In this document: one piece after another, positions 27,880 through 42,350 of the stretch
Layout: the number at the start of each line of letters is the position of its first letter
Position numbering within the stretch: position 1 is the first letter of the stretch
Source: Octopus vulgaris
Lineage: Eukaryota
Direction of reading: 5' to 3'
Assembly (NCBI GenBank): GCA_951406725.2
Contig: OX597833.1
Span: 27,094,001 to 27,158,000 of the forward strand
Length of the DNA stretch: 64,000 nucleotides
Made by a program: the position numbers and the translations under genes
Notes under the pieces: model-generated
What the model saw: the letters and a program-made list of their open reading frames with translations, nothing else
The model's database searches: none
What the model was told of the DNA's origin: nothing

Positions 27880-29300
27880 TTACATTTTCTCTGCCAAATC
27901 TTAGCCAAGAAAGAGTACAGTATTAGATATGACAAAGCTGAAACTCATATTCACTGAAAGTTATTCCAGAATTATAAGCAGAATGCCAACAGAAATGAGG
28001 TAAGTATAAGCATTCACTGGTAAAGTTTTCAGAAAATGACAAAGCAGTCATATTTTGGATATGTCAATACATATTTAATGGAGTTAAGGGTTGCTGAGAC
28101 TCAGGCGCAATTACATGAAAGCGAAGAACAAAGTAAGAAAAAAAAACAATTAAAAGAGCAAAGGCAGATAAAATTGCATCCCAACGCTCTGTAATAGACA
28201 GAAAAAAGTAAGATATTACACAGTATATTTCTTACAAGGAGTAGGTATTCTGATGTTGACACAGATATAACCCATCGTTAGCAGATTACGTCTAGATTTC
28301 ATATTAACAATTCAGAGTCAGTCTATTAGATTTTACCAAGCAAACATTCTAAAAAAAATTGTGCTTAAACCTACTGCTTTAGTGGTACACACAACCGCAT
28401 CTCTGGCTGTTTTATGTTAGTCTCAAATGGGTATACTAGTCGCCATACCAGACATGGTCAGTATTTTCGCTGAATAGGTATTCAGTTTAAACTCCTGTAT
28501 AAGAACTAGTAGGAACATAAGCCTACCAAAGTAGAAAACAGACATCGCCGTCCTTCGAGATATTAGTATTCAAACTATTCAGGCCAATAGACCAAATATT
28601 CTTTTCTACTCTAGGCACAAGGCCCGAAATTTTGGGGGAGAGGGGACAGTCGTTTAGATTGAGCCCAGTAGGCAGCTGTTACTTAATTTATCGACCTCGA
28701 AAGGATGAAAGGCAAAGTTGACTTCGGCGGAATTTTAACTCAGGACACACGAAATACCTATTTCTTTACTACCCACAAGGGGCTGAACACAGAGGGGACA
28801 AACAAGGACAGACAAACGGATTAAGTCGATTATATCGACCCCAGTGTGTAACTGGTACTTATTTAATCGATCCCGAAAGGATGAAAGGCAAAGTCGACCT
28901 CGGCGTAATTTGAACTCAGAACTAGCGGCAGACGAAATACTGCTAAGCATTTCACCCGGCATGCTAACGTTTCTGCCAGCTCGCCGCCATTAATAGACAA
29001 AATATTATGATAAAAAAGAAGTCATTGACATATATTTTACTCGTAGATATGTCAATCCCAGCAGACTGCAATACTTCTGTGGATACGTTTGAAAAATTAA
29101 TTAAATACAAGGCCTTTAAAATCGAGGTCTCAAAATGTGGCATCTAAGAACGTAATGATATTCGAGGCTTTGGGGATATAAGAAATCGTGCCTTCGAAAA
29201 CTATGATCACATTACAGGAAACTCACAAGTAACAGAATTACAGATAAATTGTTCTTATGAACAGTCCCTTGTTCTCCGAAAGAAAAGAAAAGCACTGTTA
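27880..29300 (+). mobile_element. Decayed R4/Dong-like LINE fragment
   Basis: IQANRPNI...LLVDMSIPADCN...FEKLIKYK..IEV matches the RLE domain of 7169-7665; interrupted by a SINE; 5' boundary approximate. Confidence 0.6.
28601..28991 (-). mobile_element. Nin-domain-type SINE with duplicated body and 15-bp TSD
   Basis: AATAGACCAAATATT (28586-28600) and AATAGACAAAATATT (28992-29006); two Nin-like cores in tandem. Confidence 0.8.
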
Positions 29301-30949
29301 ACCTGAGAAATTTGAACTTTTAAAAAATCGCAAACTTTACAACAAATTTTTAATGACATAATTAAAACTTATAAATAACACCCGCGCTAAGTCGTCTAAC
29401 TTGTTGTTTCTTGAGATCTCTAGCTGAAACTTGGAACAGCTAGTCACGTAAAAATCAAAACAGCACGGAAACGTTAAATAAATAACAATGATGGTAACAA
29501 TAATAAAAATAATAAAATTAATTATAATAATTAGAGCAATTTTATAATTGATATTATTGATATTCTACGAAATAGAAGAACTCATTATCATGATCAGCAG
29601 CAGCATCATTGTCATTATTATAATTATCATTATTTTGTAATACGTCACGTAGTAAGCATGGCGAATCAAGTGATTCTTCCTACATTTCTAAACACTTCAT
29701 TATAGTTGTCGTTTATTTATGTCTCTGTTTTCTTTATTTCCCTCCATCATTATCACGAGGTATTCTGACAAAGTTTCTTCGATTATTTCCAGTAACGCAT
29801 ACTTAAAAGAGTTCAGCAGAGACCCCAGTTACTTCAATATCATGAGTCATGTCAATGTTGCTTGACTCTTCCGATCACATTGCTCAATTATTTTTTAATT
29901 ATGCTAATTACATTGCCCCGAAATAATTCGAAACTCTTTTTTTCACTAACGAAAATTCTGAGGGTTGGGTGAGACTATATCATTCTAGTAAGGTTTAATA
30001 CAGCACAACATGTGCATAGTTAATTAATATGAAAAATAATTTTTAACTTCAAATTATCTCCCCTTTTTCTTTGAGTGTCAACAATAATTACCGCAAGGTT
30101 TTTTTTTTTCCTTCTCCAAGAGGAAAGTTTCAATTCAAGATTTGTTTTGAGGTACGATATTCACTGCATCATTTATTCACTTGCTCTTTCTCATTATATA
30201 AACCTAAAGAAAACTCTCTATAATTTTACAAAACATATAGCCAAATATTTTGCCGTTACTATCGTAACAATTTCTCTTGTCTTTTTTGTTTTAGTTTTTG
30301 TTTGTTTGCTGCTGAACTTGAATAGTCCCAGTGTACCCAATCGTACTGATACGTTACGAAAAACACTGAAACCAATCAAATGCTTTGTAAGTTTTTAGTG
30401 GTGTATCTAGGACTAAAATTTATTTAAGATAGTAATTTGAGAGAATTTTGACAAATCATTCTAGCAGAAAGAGTGATCCGTAGAAATTCATTTATAAATG
30501 AGTATGTTATTCAATCTGAAGTTCTGGGAAGAATTAGGGTGGAGCTTTTGGAATTGCTATCACTGCCTCATGAAGAAGAAAATGGCTGAGAATGTAAAAA
30601 TTTGAACAAAGATCTTTCAGAATCGTAATTTAAGTTGTATGAACCACAAGAATGCTGAAAAAAAAAATGAAGAGGAAAATTCCCTAATTCCTTGTCCTTT
30701 GCCTTTCCCGAAGAGAACGACGAAGCAATTTGGAATATTACGTATTCCAAAATCTCAGCTGAAATCGCTTCTGCAATGTCCTGCTCAGTTATGGTAAATG
30801 TTGAACCACAAAGTGAAATTCCTAAGAATACGGCTATGCATTCGCATAGATAAGTGTGTGTGTCTCTGTGTGTATATGTATGCATGTAGTTTCGCATATA
30901 TGTATGTATGCCTACATAAGCGCACGAATACACACATACACACACAAAT

Positions 30950-31041
<92 letters not shown>

Positions 31042-31236
31042 GTAGATAGATAGATGGATGAGAGAGAGAACGTTGCTTGCTTGAACAATTGCAGAATAAC
31101 TGTGTATAAATGAATTTAAAAAAACGTGTTAGAACTCCTCAGACTAACCTGTTGAGATAAGTTTCAAGAACTAACAATTTTAACGAAACTGAACGCATGT
31201 CTTGATTTTTAATTTCCCACTCTCACACACATTAGA

Positions 31237-31432
31237 AATATTGGTTTCAAATTTTGAACAGAGCCAACAATTTTAGGGGAAGTGTGAAACGGTTACGTCA
31301 ACTACAGTATTATCTGGTACTTATCGACATAGAAGAGATGAAAGCCAGAGTCGATCTCGGCAGAATTTGGATTCAGATCATGAAGATGGACGAAATACCC
31401 GGTGTGCTAAAGATTCTGCCAGCTCGCCATCT
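31237..31432 (-). mobile_element. Diverged Nin-domain-type SINE
   Basis: CTGGTACTTATCGAC...GATGAAAGCCAGAGTCGATCTCGGC...CTGCCAGCTCGCC. Confidence 0.6.
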
Positions 31433-31934
31433 TACAAACATTAAAAATATTAAAATGAGAGATTTTTAACACAAGGAGATAGTACTGGGAATTCCCATGT
31501 AGTCAGAGTACTTAGATTTATTCGTGAATCATAAATCAGGACAGTCGGAAGCAGGTTTCAGATTAAACAAATTACAGGAAATGAATGCCTTATCAGTGCA
31601 ATTACTAATCCGAAATGGAGAAAATACGTGGTGTAAGCAAATTCTTAAAGCTTTATTCTACGCCCAGCTCTTAGCTTACAGTGCAGCTTTCTTTAAAACG
31701 CGATAAAACGACAAAAACAAACATCAAAAGCCTAAATAAGACATATAATGTATCCTTTACAGGTTCCTTTATCCATATGCAGAGTAGTATCTATTTTATA
31801 TGTCGAATTAATTATCCATTTAAAATCAGATGTGCAGTCTACGGAACTTACCTTTATCACGAACATAATTTTACTAACAATCTCAAATAATTCTAATATA
31901 CCTTAAGGAAAGTGAACTGGGTACCTTTTATCTC

Positions 31935-32147
31935 TAATTGTTTCAGACATTATACCTCGGCCATGCTGGGGCACCACCTTGAAAAACTTTTAGTCGAATG
32001 AATCGACCCCAGCACAAGTACGAGGTTATTAAACCTCGTACTTGTTCTCTCGGTCTCATTGCCGAACTGCTAACTTACATGGATACATACACAACACCGG
32101 TTGTCAACCGGTGATAAAAGATACACACACACACATATACACACATA

Positions 32148-32184
<37 letters not shown>

Positions 32185-32322
32185 TCACATACACGACGGT
32201 TTCCATCTACCAAATTCACTCACAAGGTCGGAGTCCATAGTAGAAGACACTTGCCCAAGGTGCCACGTAGTAGGACTGAATCCAGAACTATATGGTTGGC
32301 AAGCAAGCTTCTTACCGCGCCT
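31935..32322 (-). mobile_element. Bipartite SINE
   Basis: Reverse complement of the 39434-39867 family. Confidence 0.7.
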
Positions 32323-32538
32323 ATGAGTGTAGTCAGTATGTACAAACTAAATTCCATAAAGACAAAACTCGGGTTACCCCACAAATTTAGCGTTATTAAA
32401 ACTGAAAAAATTTGAGCTATTTCTGTACTCATACCAACCCATGACTTAACCGCGTCTAAACTCATCTATAAATCCCGATGGTTTTTTATTATTGTGTTTC
32501 ACCAAATTTAATTGAGAATAATTTCAAAATCTCAATTA

Positions 32539-32712
32539 TAGGCGTGGTTATGTGGTAAGAAGATTGCATCCCAAGATGGTTCCGGGTTCAGTCCTACTGC
32601 ATGGCACCGTTAGAAAGTATAATCCATAAGGCCCTGAGCCGACCAAAGCCTTCTTAAAGAAGTCTGCCGTATTTGTGAGTGTGTGTGTATGTGTGTGTAT
32701 GTGTGTATGTAT

Positions 32713-32752
<40 letters not shown>

Positions 32753-32975
32753 GGAGTTTGTGAGTGTAATTGTGTTTGTGTTTGCCTTGTTCCACCGCTT
32801 GAAAACTTGTGGTGGTTTGTTTACTTCCTCATAACTTAGTGATTCTGAAAAGGAGACCGATAGAATAAGTTCCGGGCTGTAAAAAAAATAAATACGGGGA
32901 TAGATTTGTGCCTCGTCTAAACCCTTTAAGATGGTGCCCCACGTAGGCTGCAATCCAATGACTGAAACAAGTAGC
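32539..32975 (+). mobile_element. Bipartite SINE
   Basis: GGTTCCGGGTTCAGTCC head, internal (GT)n, ATGACTGAAACAAGTA tail. Confidence 0.7.
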
Positions 32976-33490
32976 AGATATTGATATTGTTATATATCTG
33001 CCTCCAAAGAAAAGAAAGATATCGAAGTTATAAGAAAGTAATTCAAAAGGTGTCTCAAAACTTTCCGTACGTCACTGTATGTACGTACAACAATTCGGGA
33101 AGGCGACAGAGTTTGTATAGAGTAATTAGTCCTTTTATTATTTTAAATTGCTAATTATTAGTTCGAGGTTGTACCGCATGATGAAAGAACTTTGTTGCAG
33201 TCTTTGGAGTGTATATTTATTTATTATCCTGTTATTATGTAATAAGCTATAAAATAACCTTCCATTAATTTCCTTTGTTTAGTTCAGTCATTCTTTTATG
33301 TTAAGTTGTTGTCTGTAATTATTAATTATAAGAAAGGATGGAAACGGGAAATATCATATAGATATATTTATTCTTGTTTTAACGATTATACCAGGAAGCC
33401 TTTTATGATGTATAAACATGTGGTGTTCATCCAATAACTAGTAATTGTTTTATATTAATTAGCTAAATTAATAAGAACATTATTTGAAAC

Positions 33491-33598
<108 letters not shown>

Positions 33599-33987
33599 TT
33601 TAAAAACAGATAGAAATATACCATGAAAGAAAGACAGAAATAAGGTTAGAAAGAAAGAAAGAAAGGTGATTATTTGAATGTGATTTTTGTACAATACGAG
33701 GTAAAAAGGGGAAAATGTACGGAATACAGCTGAGTCTGAATTAAGTTTGTTGAGTGCAATACAGAGGGTTTGTTTTAGTTTTACATGTCAATATACAACA
33801 TATTCTGGCACACACGTTTCTGATTCTAAAGAGGCATTCTCTGGTTGATCATGGTGAGTCTTTTAAATAATTATTCAAGAGGAATACACACATACACACA
33901 CATGTATGCACATACTGATATGAATATATGCGTGCGTATATGTATGTTTGTTTTGTGTGTCTGTGTATATATATATATATATGTATA

Positions 33988-34063
<76 letters not shown>

Positions 34064-34134
34064 TATATATATTGTTGTGCTTCGGGTGGTCATTTTTTTT
34101 TTGCCAAATAAACACACGCAGTGTATTTTTTCAC

Positions 34135-34167
<33 letters not shown>

Positions 34168-34168
<1 letters not shown>

Positions 34169-34787
34169 GAGTGAGAGAGTTGCATGCCATCAAAGTGGCA
34201 CGGGGGTAAAATATACGAAGCCCAGTATACCCATCATGACTGCCCGTCTGATAAGGATACACCAGATACATGCATCACAAACATATTTGCGCGACATGGT
34301 GATCTCATATCAAGATAAACAGCACATGACCTTGCAGAAGGGGCCCAGTTAGAATTTACTTTTGATCGAGTAACTGATCCCGCTCAAAAGGTCCCTGAAT
34401 AAGGGTTGCTTAAGGATGTTGAACGAACCATCCATGTTTCCAGAGGTGAATTATTCAAACCCCAAAGAATCCCTCTCAACACATGGCTATGATGCTCCCC
34501 CACTACTTCTGCTTGTGATCAGAGATGCACATATCGTCAGCCACTAAGGGACATACTCAACTGGTTAAGGTCAAACAACTGACAAGCAAATCTGTGGTAT
34601 TGAGCAGAATATTTGCTGTAGCCCATCTGCTATACCAAGACAAAACAATGTACATGATAACACTTCCAATCAGTTAAGATCAGAAGCCATGAGAGCCACT
34701 GCCTGGTATTGCATCAGGGCATTAGTGCATCGACAGGGAATCGAAAACGGGCCGCCTGCATAACAAGCGAGCATTCTACCATTGAAC

Positions 34788-34790
<3 letters not shown>
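34168..34790 (-). mobile_element. tRNA-Gly-headed long SINE (~620 bp), most complete copy
   Basis: Minus 5' end ATGGTTCAATGGTAGAATGCTCGC...GGCCCGTTTTCGATTCCC resembles tRNA-Gly; body repeated at 7698, 8249 and 43307; (AAT)n tail. Confidence 0.7.
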
Positions 34791-34848
<58 letters not shown>

Positions 34849-34937
34849 GTTATTATTATTATGATTATTGTTATTATTATTATTATTGTTATTATTATTA
34901 TTATTATTATGCCTGTTCATTGACCGGAAATCTTCCT

Positions 34938-35443
34938 AGGCGTCGATGCTTCCTAGGGCTATACAGCGGTGGTGTACCCCACTACTGTCACGTTCGTGTT
35001 AGATTGACAGTATACAACCATTCTATCGCCCCACCACCGTACATGTCTCTACGAGAGATTTAGAAATTTAGTATTTCTTATTTTGATAATCAGTGAATAG
35101 ACTTCACTGAATTATAGATATATACAGTACGAAGTCGAGACAAATATCGCCAGCTGACCGGTGTCTGCTACTCTAGGCCAATAAAGGACAATGATCCTGA
35201 AACACGTGTCCCTAGATGCAGCTCCGGCGGCCGGGGGTGTTTGTCTCCCCTTCGTAAATGTATATAAGGACACAGGGAAAATGTGTCAAAGCCATCAGGA
35301 GGCGTCGATGCTTCCTAGGGCTATACAGCGGTGGTGTACCCCCCTACTGTCACGTTCGTGTTAGATTGACAGTATACAGCCATCCTATCGCCCCACCACC
35401 GTATGTGTCTCTACGAGAGATTTAGAAATTTAGTATTTCTTAT
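34938..35443 (+). mobile_element. Retrozyme-like element B: 362-nt unit plus 144-nt direct repeat
   Basis: 34938-35081 repeated at 35300-35443; HHR-shaped motif at 35172-35216; hairpin order shared with 411-812. Confidence 0.72.
35172..35216 (+). ncRNA. Hammerhead fold with mutated core (CCAATAA), probably inactive
   Basis: TCTAGG-CCAATAA-AGGA(CAATGA)TCCT-GAAA-CACGTG-TC-CCTAGA. Confidence 0.6.
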
Positions 35444-35854
35444 ATATATATGATGAAATATATAAATATATATTTATATATATAAATATATATATTTTCA
35501 GCATGGTGGTATCTCGTAGATACCCTAATTCATAATTTTAATAATTGTTACCTTTGAAGGTTATTTTTTCCATGCTGACTACTCGATGAGTTCGTTATCT
35601 TATTTCTAAATTAACGATCTTATCCTTATATATATGCACACACACATGTATACACACACATGTATACACACACACACACACACACACTCACACACATATA
35701 TATATATATATATTATAAATCTTTAGTTAAATATATTCAATGAGAATATTATATACTGTATTTATATTGAGTACTTTATTGTATCAAAGTATTAATACTA
35801 TTAAAGTATTTATATATTTAATACGAGCGATTATACATATATATATATATATTT

Positions 35855-36447
<593 letters not shown>

Positions 36448-37059
36448 ATATACATATATACATGTATGTATAGATATATTTAAATATATATATATTGTAT
36501 GTGTGCATGTATGTATACATATATATATATATATATACACAAACAAACAAACATATATATATATATATATATATGTAGGCGGCAGGTAGACAGACATCTG
36601 CAGAAAGAGACACAGGCCGACAAACAGACAAATAAGATGAAATATAATACAGATGCACTAACATTATTACCTTCGGGGTGATATATAAACATTTATATAC
36701 ATATGTTTACATTTCTTAATTTTCTTTGCATTTGGTTGCATTTGTTTACATTTCGCGGCAAGGTGAAGATTGCAAAGAATTCAAACAGTGATTGTGTAGT
36801 CAGCAAGCAATAAATAAGCAGATAGGCAGAAAAACAGGCAATGAAACAGTCATAGAGTCAGATAGACTGCTCACTGGGACGATGGTTGGAAGCAAAGATG
36901 AAAGGAAAGATAATCGGAGAAAACAATGCATTTACATATATTATAGCACAATTTCCTTTAACTAACATTCTATTCTTGTAGTAAACCTTAGAATTAAGCA
37001 TCATATACATATGAACACACATACACTTGTATGTATGTAATCATATATATATTACACAC

Positions 37060-37553
37060 ACATATATAAACTTAGATATGTTTCGACCAAAGATTTGTCC
37101 AGGCCATGTCTATCTTAATAGCACCACCTGATAGCATTATCTAAATCCTGTTTAAGTCAAGTTTTGTTTATGGTCCATTCAAGTAGTGAGTTCTTGTTGG
37201 GTGAGTTGTATCCAATTATGGGTGGCTTATCCGGTATTCCTTGAAGAAATCTATCCAGACTCCATTTAAAGTTGATGAGATCTTTTTCCTCTTTGATCTC
37301 TTTCGGGACAATGTTAAACAGGGCAGGGCCTGTTGAGGAAAAGAAATTATGTTGCAGTGTACCTATATGCTGTGATCCTGAATTGGGCGGGGGATGTATG
37401 GCCCGTGGTCCCAGCCTTGGATGAACCTTGAAACTAATGTTCTGGTCTTTGGAGCAAAGTTGGCGGTATATTCTCCACATCGCATAAATGATGTACCGCT
37501 CGCGGCGGCGCTGGAGAGATTATAGTTTCAAGGCTTTAAGGCGGTCCCAATAA
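37060..37553 (-). mobile_element. CR1-group LINE 3' fragment
   Basis: YWDRLKALKL*SLQRRRERY...NFFSSTGPALFNIVPKEIK...FKWSLDRFL..IPDKP. Confidence 0.75.
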
Positions 37554-37571
37554 TATATGCATATATATACT

Positions 37572-37626
<55 letters not shown>

Positions 37627-37739
37627 ACAGTCTTATAATAATATATAAGAATATACACTATTCTTATCTTAAAACTTAGAATTAAGCCTACAAATATATA
37701 TGAACACACATACACTTATATATATATATATATATACAT

Positions 37740-37915
37740 AGGGAGAGTTTACCAAAAAAACAAAAGACGAAGACAGGTGGTGTACAAAACAAACAGATGT
37801 ATTAGTATAACGCTCAGGAATAGAAAAAGTCTTTTACGTTTCGAGCCTACGCTCTTCTACAGAAAGGGACACAGAAAATACAAGGAGAGGAATAATGTGT
37901 GTAGTGGCTAACGAT
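37740..37915 (-). mobile_element. Short PLE-terminal-like repeat with HHR-like motif
   Basis: Reverse complement of 12455-12650; motif at 37830-37867. Confidence 0.55.
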
Positions 37916-37966
<51 letters not shown>

Positions 37967-38179
37967 GTATATATATATATATATATATATAAACATAAAT
38001 AATTTACATACATCATCTTTTAGATTCTTTTATTTGTTTCAGACAAATCGAATTCCGCGATCTCAGGACTTACTTTTTAAAGCCTGGTACTTATTTTGTC
38101 GACCTTATTTGCCAAACCTCTATGTTACGCAGAGGCAAAAGCACCAGCACTTTTTGTCAAGCGATGGTGGGGAGACAAG

Positions 38180-38211
<32 letters not shown>

Positions 38212-38376
38212 CTTCAGTTACCGTTTACGAAATCCACGTCTTCGGCTAATGTAACTACACGTGGACTGTTGGCGATATTCTTTCCCCCTTCCTTTTCGTT
38301 TGGACTTTCGTATGTCTACAAATTCCGAAGAAGAGCTGTGCTCGAAACGTAAAGCAAGCCCTTTTTCCTTCTTTGA

Positions 38377-38429
<53 letters not shown>

Positions 38430-38680
38430 AAATGGGACAAGAACGCAAAACATCCAGACAGTTAGGTGATACAAGAAAGGGACAACAAAACACCCAGATA
38501 GACGATACAAAGAAAACAAAGACGGGTCATTCGGAGTTTTCTTTACTCAGTCGAGTTCCAGATTTTCTTTGCAATTTCGGCTGGTTATACTCGAGATTGC
38601 TCCAATCTGGCCAGCCCCAAGGAAAAACTAAGCTAAGTGCATTAGATTTCTTGGAAGAAAGCAGCAAATGTATACGAAAT
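38430..38680. repeat. Interspersed repeat, probable PLE terminal fragment
   Basis: Matches 56250-56430 and, inverted, 56685-56810; embedded in (TA)n. Confidence 0.55.
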
Positions 38681-39243
38681 ATATATATATATATGCACAC
38701 ATTCAAAGGCAGACATGGAGACTGCTCACGGGTAGAATAAGATACATAAACGCAAATAAATATTAATAGAGAGATATGCATGTACACATTTATATATATG
38801 TATGTGTGTATGTTGTGTGGGTGTATGTTTGTATATGTGTATATATAACGTTTAGATATATGCACTCGTATCTCTGTACAGGCGTATATTTTTTAAGCAT
38901 GCATACGTGTGTTTATATCTTTATGTAGCAAATATTTTGCTACGTCATATATTAGCTGGATGACTTACTTAAATGGTGTTGTGCTTCACAGCTTTTCATC
39001 TCTTCATGTGTATTTTGTTCTTTTGATAGATACAAACAACACCATTTATGCGAGAAATGTCGATTGTCTCAGTTACCTGTTATTTTTCTTTTCTTAATTT
39101 GTCTCTTTCTTTGTTTCTCTTTTTTTCTTTTCTACATTTCAACCTCTTTCTCTGACTGTCAAAGTATGAATGTACGCACATATGTGTGTGTGTGTATGTG
39201 TATATACATCTATGCGTGAGGATTTGTATGACTGTGTATGTGT

Positions 39244-39386
<143 letters not shown>

Positions 39387-39433
39387 CAGACTGACAGACA
39401 GCTAGCTAGCTATATATATATATATATATATAT

Positions 39434-39595
39434 AGCGCAGGAGTGGCTGTGTGGTAAGTAGCTTGCTAACCAACCACATGGTTCTGGGTTCAGTCCCACT
39501 GTGTGGCATCTTGGGCAAGTGTATTCTGCTATAGCCCCGGGCCGACCAATGCCTTGTGAGTGGATTTGGTTGACGGAAACTGAAGGAAGCCTGTC

Positions 39596-39661
<66 letters not shown>

Positions 39662-39867
39662 GTTTGTGTGTCTGTGTTTGTCCCCCTAGCATTGCTTGAC
39701 AACTGATGCTGGTGTGTTTACATCCCCTTCACTTAGCGGTTCGGCAAAAGAGACCGATAGAATTAGTACTGCGCTTACAAAGAATAAGTCCCGGGGTCGA
39801 TTTGCTCGACTAAAGGCGGTGCTCCAGTATGACCACAGTCAAGTGATTGAAACAAGTAAAAAAGAGT
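39434..39867 (+). mobile_element. Bipartite tRNA-derived SINE with internal (TA)n(TG)n
   Basis: A/B-box-like head, TTGGGCAAGTG central motif, conserved tail; several copies in the window. Confidence 0.8.
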
Positions 39868-39875
39868 ATATATAT

Positions 39876-39920
<45 letters not shown>

Positions 39921-39930
39921 CGACAGACAA

Positions 39931-40047
<117 letters not shown>

Positions 40048-40568
40048 CAGATAGATATACACTACATCTATGTTTGGACACACGCGCACACGCATACACA
40101 AACATAGCATCTGTCTGTTTGCATATACATATGTGTGTGTATAGGAAAAGAAAGAGCTACAGTGGGAGATAGGGAACTAAGGAGATTAAACAATAGAAGT
40201 CGACGGGATTAAAAAAATGCAAGGGAGATGTCAGATTGACAAAGACAATGAAAGTAAATGGAGAGCAAGCGTTTGAAAATTCTTTCAAAATTGTACACTT
40301 CATATTTATAAGTACATAAGCATTTTATGACAGGACTGCACAAGTTTTTAGCCAGCTAAATATGTGCACGTGTGTGTTTCTGTGTGTGGGAGTGGGGTGT
40401 TTCAGTTGTCATATGTATACACACATTCATATATATAGATACACGTCAATGTAAATATTTAAACACATGGATAAAACACGCGCACACATACAAATACATA
40501 TGCTCACATACGACGGTACACATGCACTCACATATACATATAATAATAATTTATTTATGAAAATATAC

Positions 40569-40609
<41 letters not shown>

Positions 40610-40611
40610 GT

Positions 40612-40643
<32 letters not shown>

Positions 40644-40678
40644 CTGTATGTATATATATATATATATGTATGTATATA

Positions 40679-40980
<302 letters not shown>

Positions 40981-41417
40981 CAAACACTCATAAAGAGCAG
41001 CACAAGCACAAACATGCATAATATAAGCATACCCACTCCCGCACACAGATGCATACAACTACAACAAAAAGACATCACTTCAATTTTTCATTGTTGACAC
41101 ACTTTTAGAGGGTGTTTTAAAAAAGAACACATAAACGTATCACTTTCCTTGACATGTGCACATGCAAAACTTTGCCAATTTCGCCTATTTTCTTCAGTAT
41201 TTTATCTGAATTGCAGCGACGCAAATTGATGCAAATGACATCACTTGGAGCTGTGTCTTAATTATTTGCTTCAAAATTTCCATCGCGTTTATGCATAAAT
41301 ACTTTGAACTGAGATAACATTGCGATCAAATGTTTCAATGACGCCAAAAGCTATGCATCCCTGGCGTATGGTTCCTCAAGTTTTTGTTATGTTTGTTATC
41401 GTAATATTATGAGTGAC

Positions 41418-41675
41418 AGTGGAGGCACAATGGCCCAGTGGTTAGGGCAGCGGACTCGCAGTTGGAGGATCGCGGTTTCGATTCCCAGACAGAGCGTTGT
41501 GTGTGTTTTATTAAGTGAAAACATCACGAGGCTCCGGCAGGGGGTGGCGACCCTTGTTGTATTCTTCCGCCCCAACTTTCTCTCACTCTTTCTTCCTGTT
41601 ACTTGGGTAACGCTGCGATGGACAGGCGTCTCGTCCAGCTGGAGGGAACACATACGCCACAGAAACCGGGAAACC
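41418..41675 (+). mobile_element. tRNA-derived SINE
   Basis: Head nearly identical to 5738-5850. Confidence 0.75.
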
Positions 41676-41810
41676 ATTTATGTATATATATATGTATATA
41701 TGGTTATGTGTATGTATATATATATATATATGTATGTGTGAAAATATTTATGTATATATATATATATATATATGTATAAGGGTGGAAAGGAACACACGAG
41801 TTGATATATA

Positions 41811-42222
41811 TGAAAAAACAAGTCAAAAATAGAAAATGTTAAGATAATTTTATAGTGAATCTTTCAGTACCGGTTTCGGTCATTTTGAGACCTTTTCAAC
41901 TGTAACGATTAAATAATTAAATTTAGAAAAATTAGAAGAAAAGTTTTTTTAAAGAATATTTCTGTAGTAGTGTTCAGATATAAGTAGCATTCTGCCTTTC
42001 TCTGACTCCCTTGTTTGCACTGGGAGTCAGAGAAAGGCAGAATGCTACTTATATCTGAACACTACTACAGAAATATTCTTTTAAAAAAACTTTTCTTCTA
42101 ATTTTTCTAAATTTAATTATTTAATCGTTACAGTTGAAAAGGTCTCAAAATGACCGAAACCGGTACTGAAAGATTCACTATAAAATTATCTTAGCATTTT
42201 CTATTTTTGACTTGTTTTTTCA
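41811..42222. repeat. Near-perfect 200-bp-arm palindrome carrying two opposite-strand HHRs
   Basis: Arms 41811-42010 and 42022-42222, 11-nt spacer, about 1 mismatch and 1 indel. Confidence 0.95.
42131..42168 (+). ncRNA. Minimal hammerhead, U3-A8 variant (mirror copy at 41865-41902 on -)
   Basis: CAG-TTGAAAA-GGTC(TCAAAAT)GACC-GAAA-CCGG-TA-CTG. Confidence 0.72.
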
Positions 42223-42290
42223 TATATATATATATATATATATATACATACATACATAAATATACACACACATACATATGTACATATATA

Positions 42291-42350
<60 letters not shown>

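Noticed and set aside
34720-34790. Functional tRNA-Gly gene
   Set aside because: Acceptor stem 5' end missing and anticodon arm mutated; it is a SINE head. The same applies to the heads at 5738, 41418 and 51471
37070-37115. GTCGAAACATATCTA motif (also ~59500) as HHR
   Set aside because: No NUGANNA core; more simply a LINE 3' UTR stem-loop
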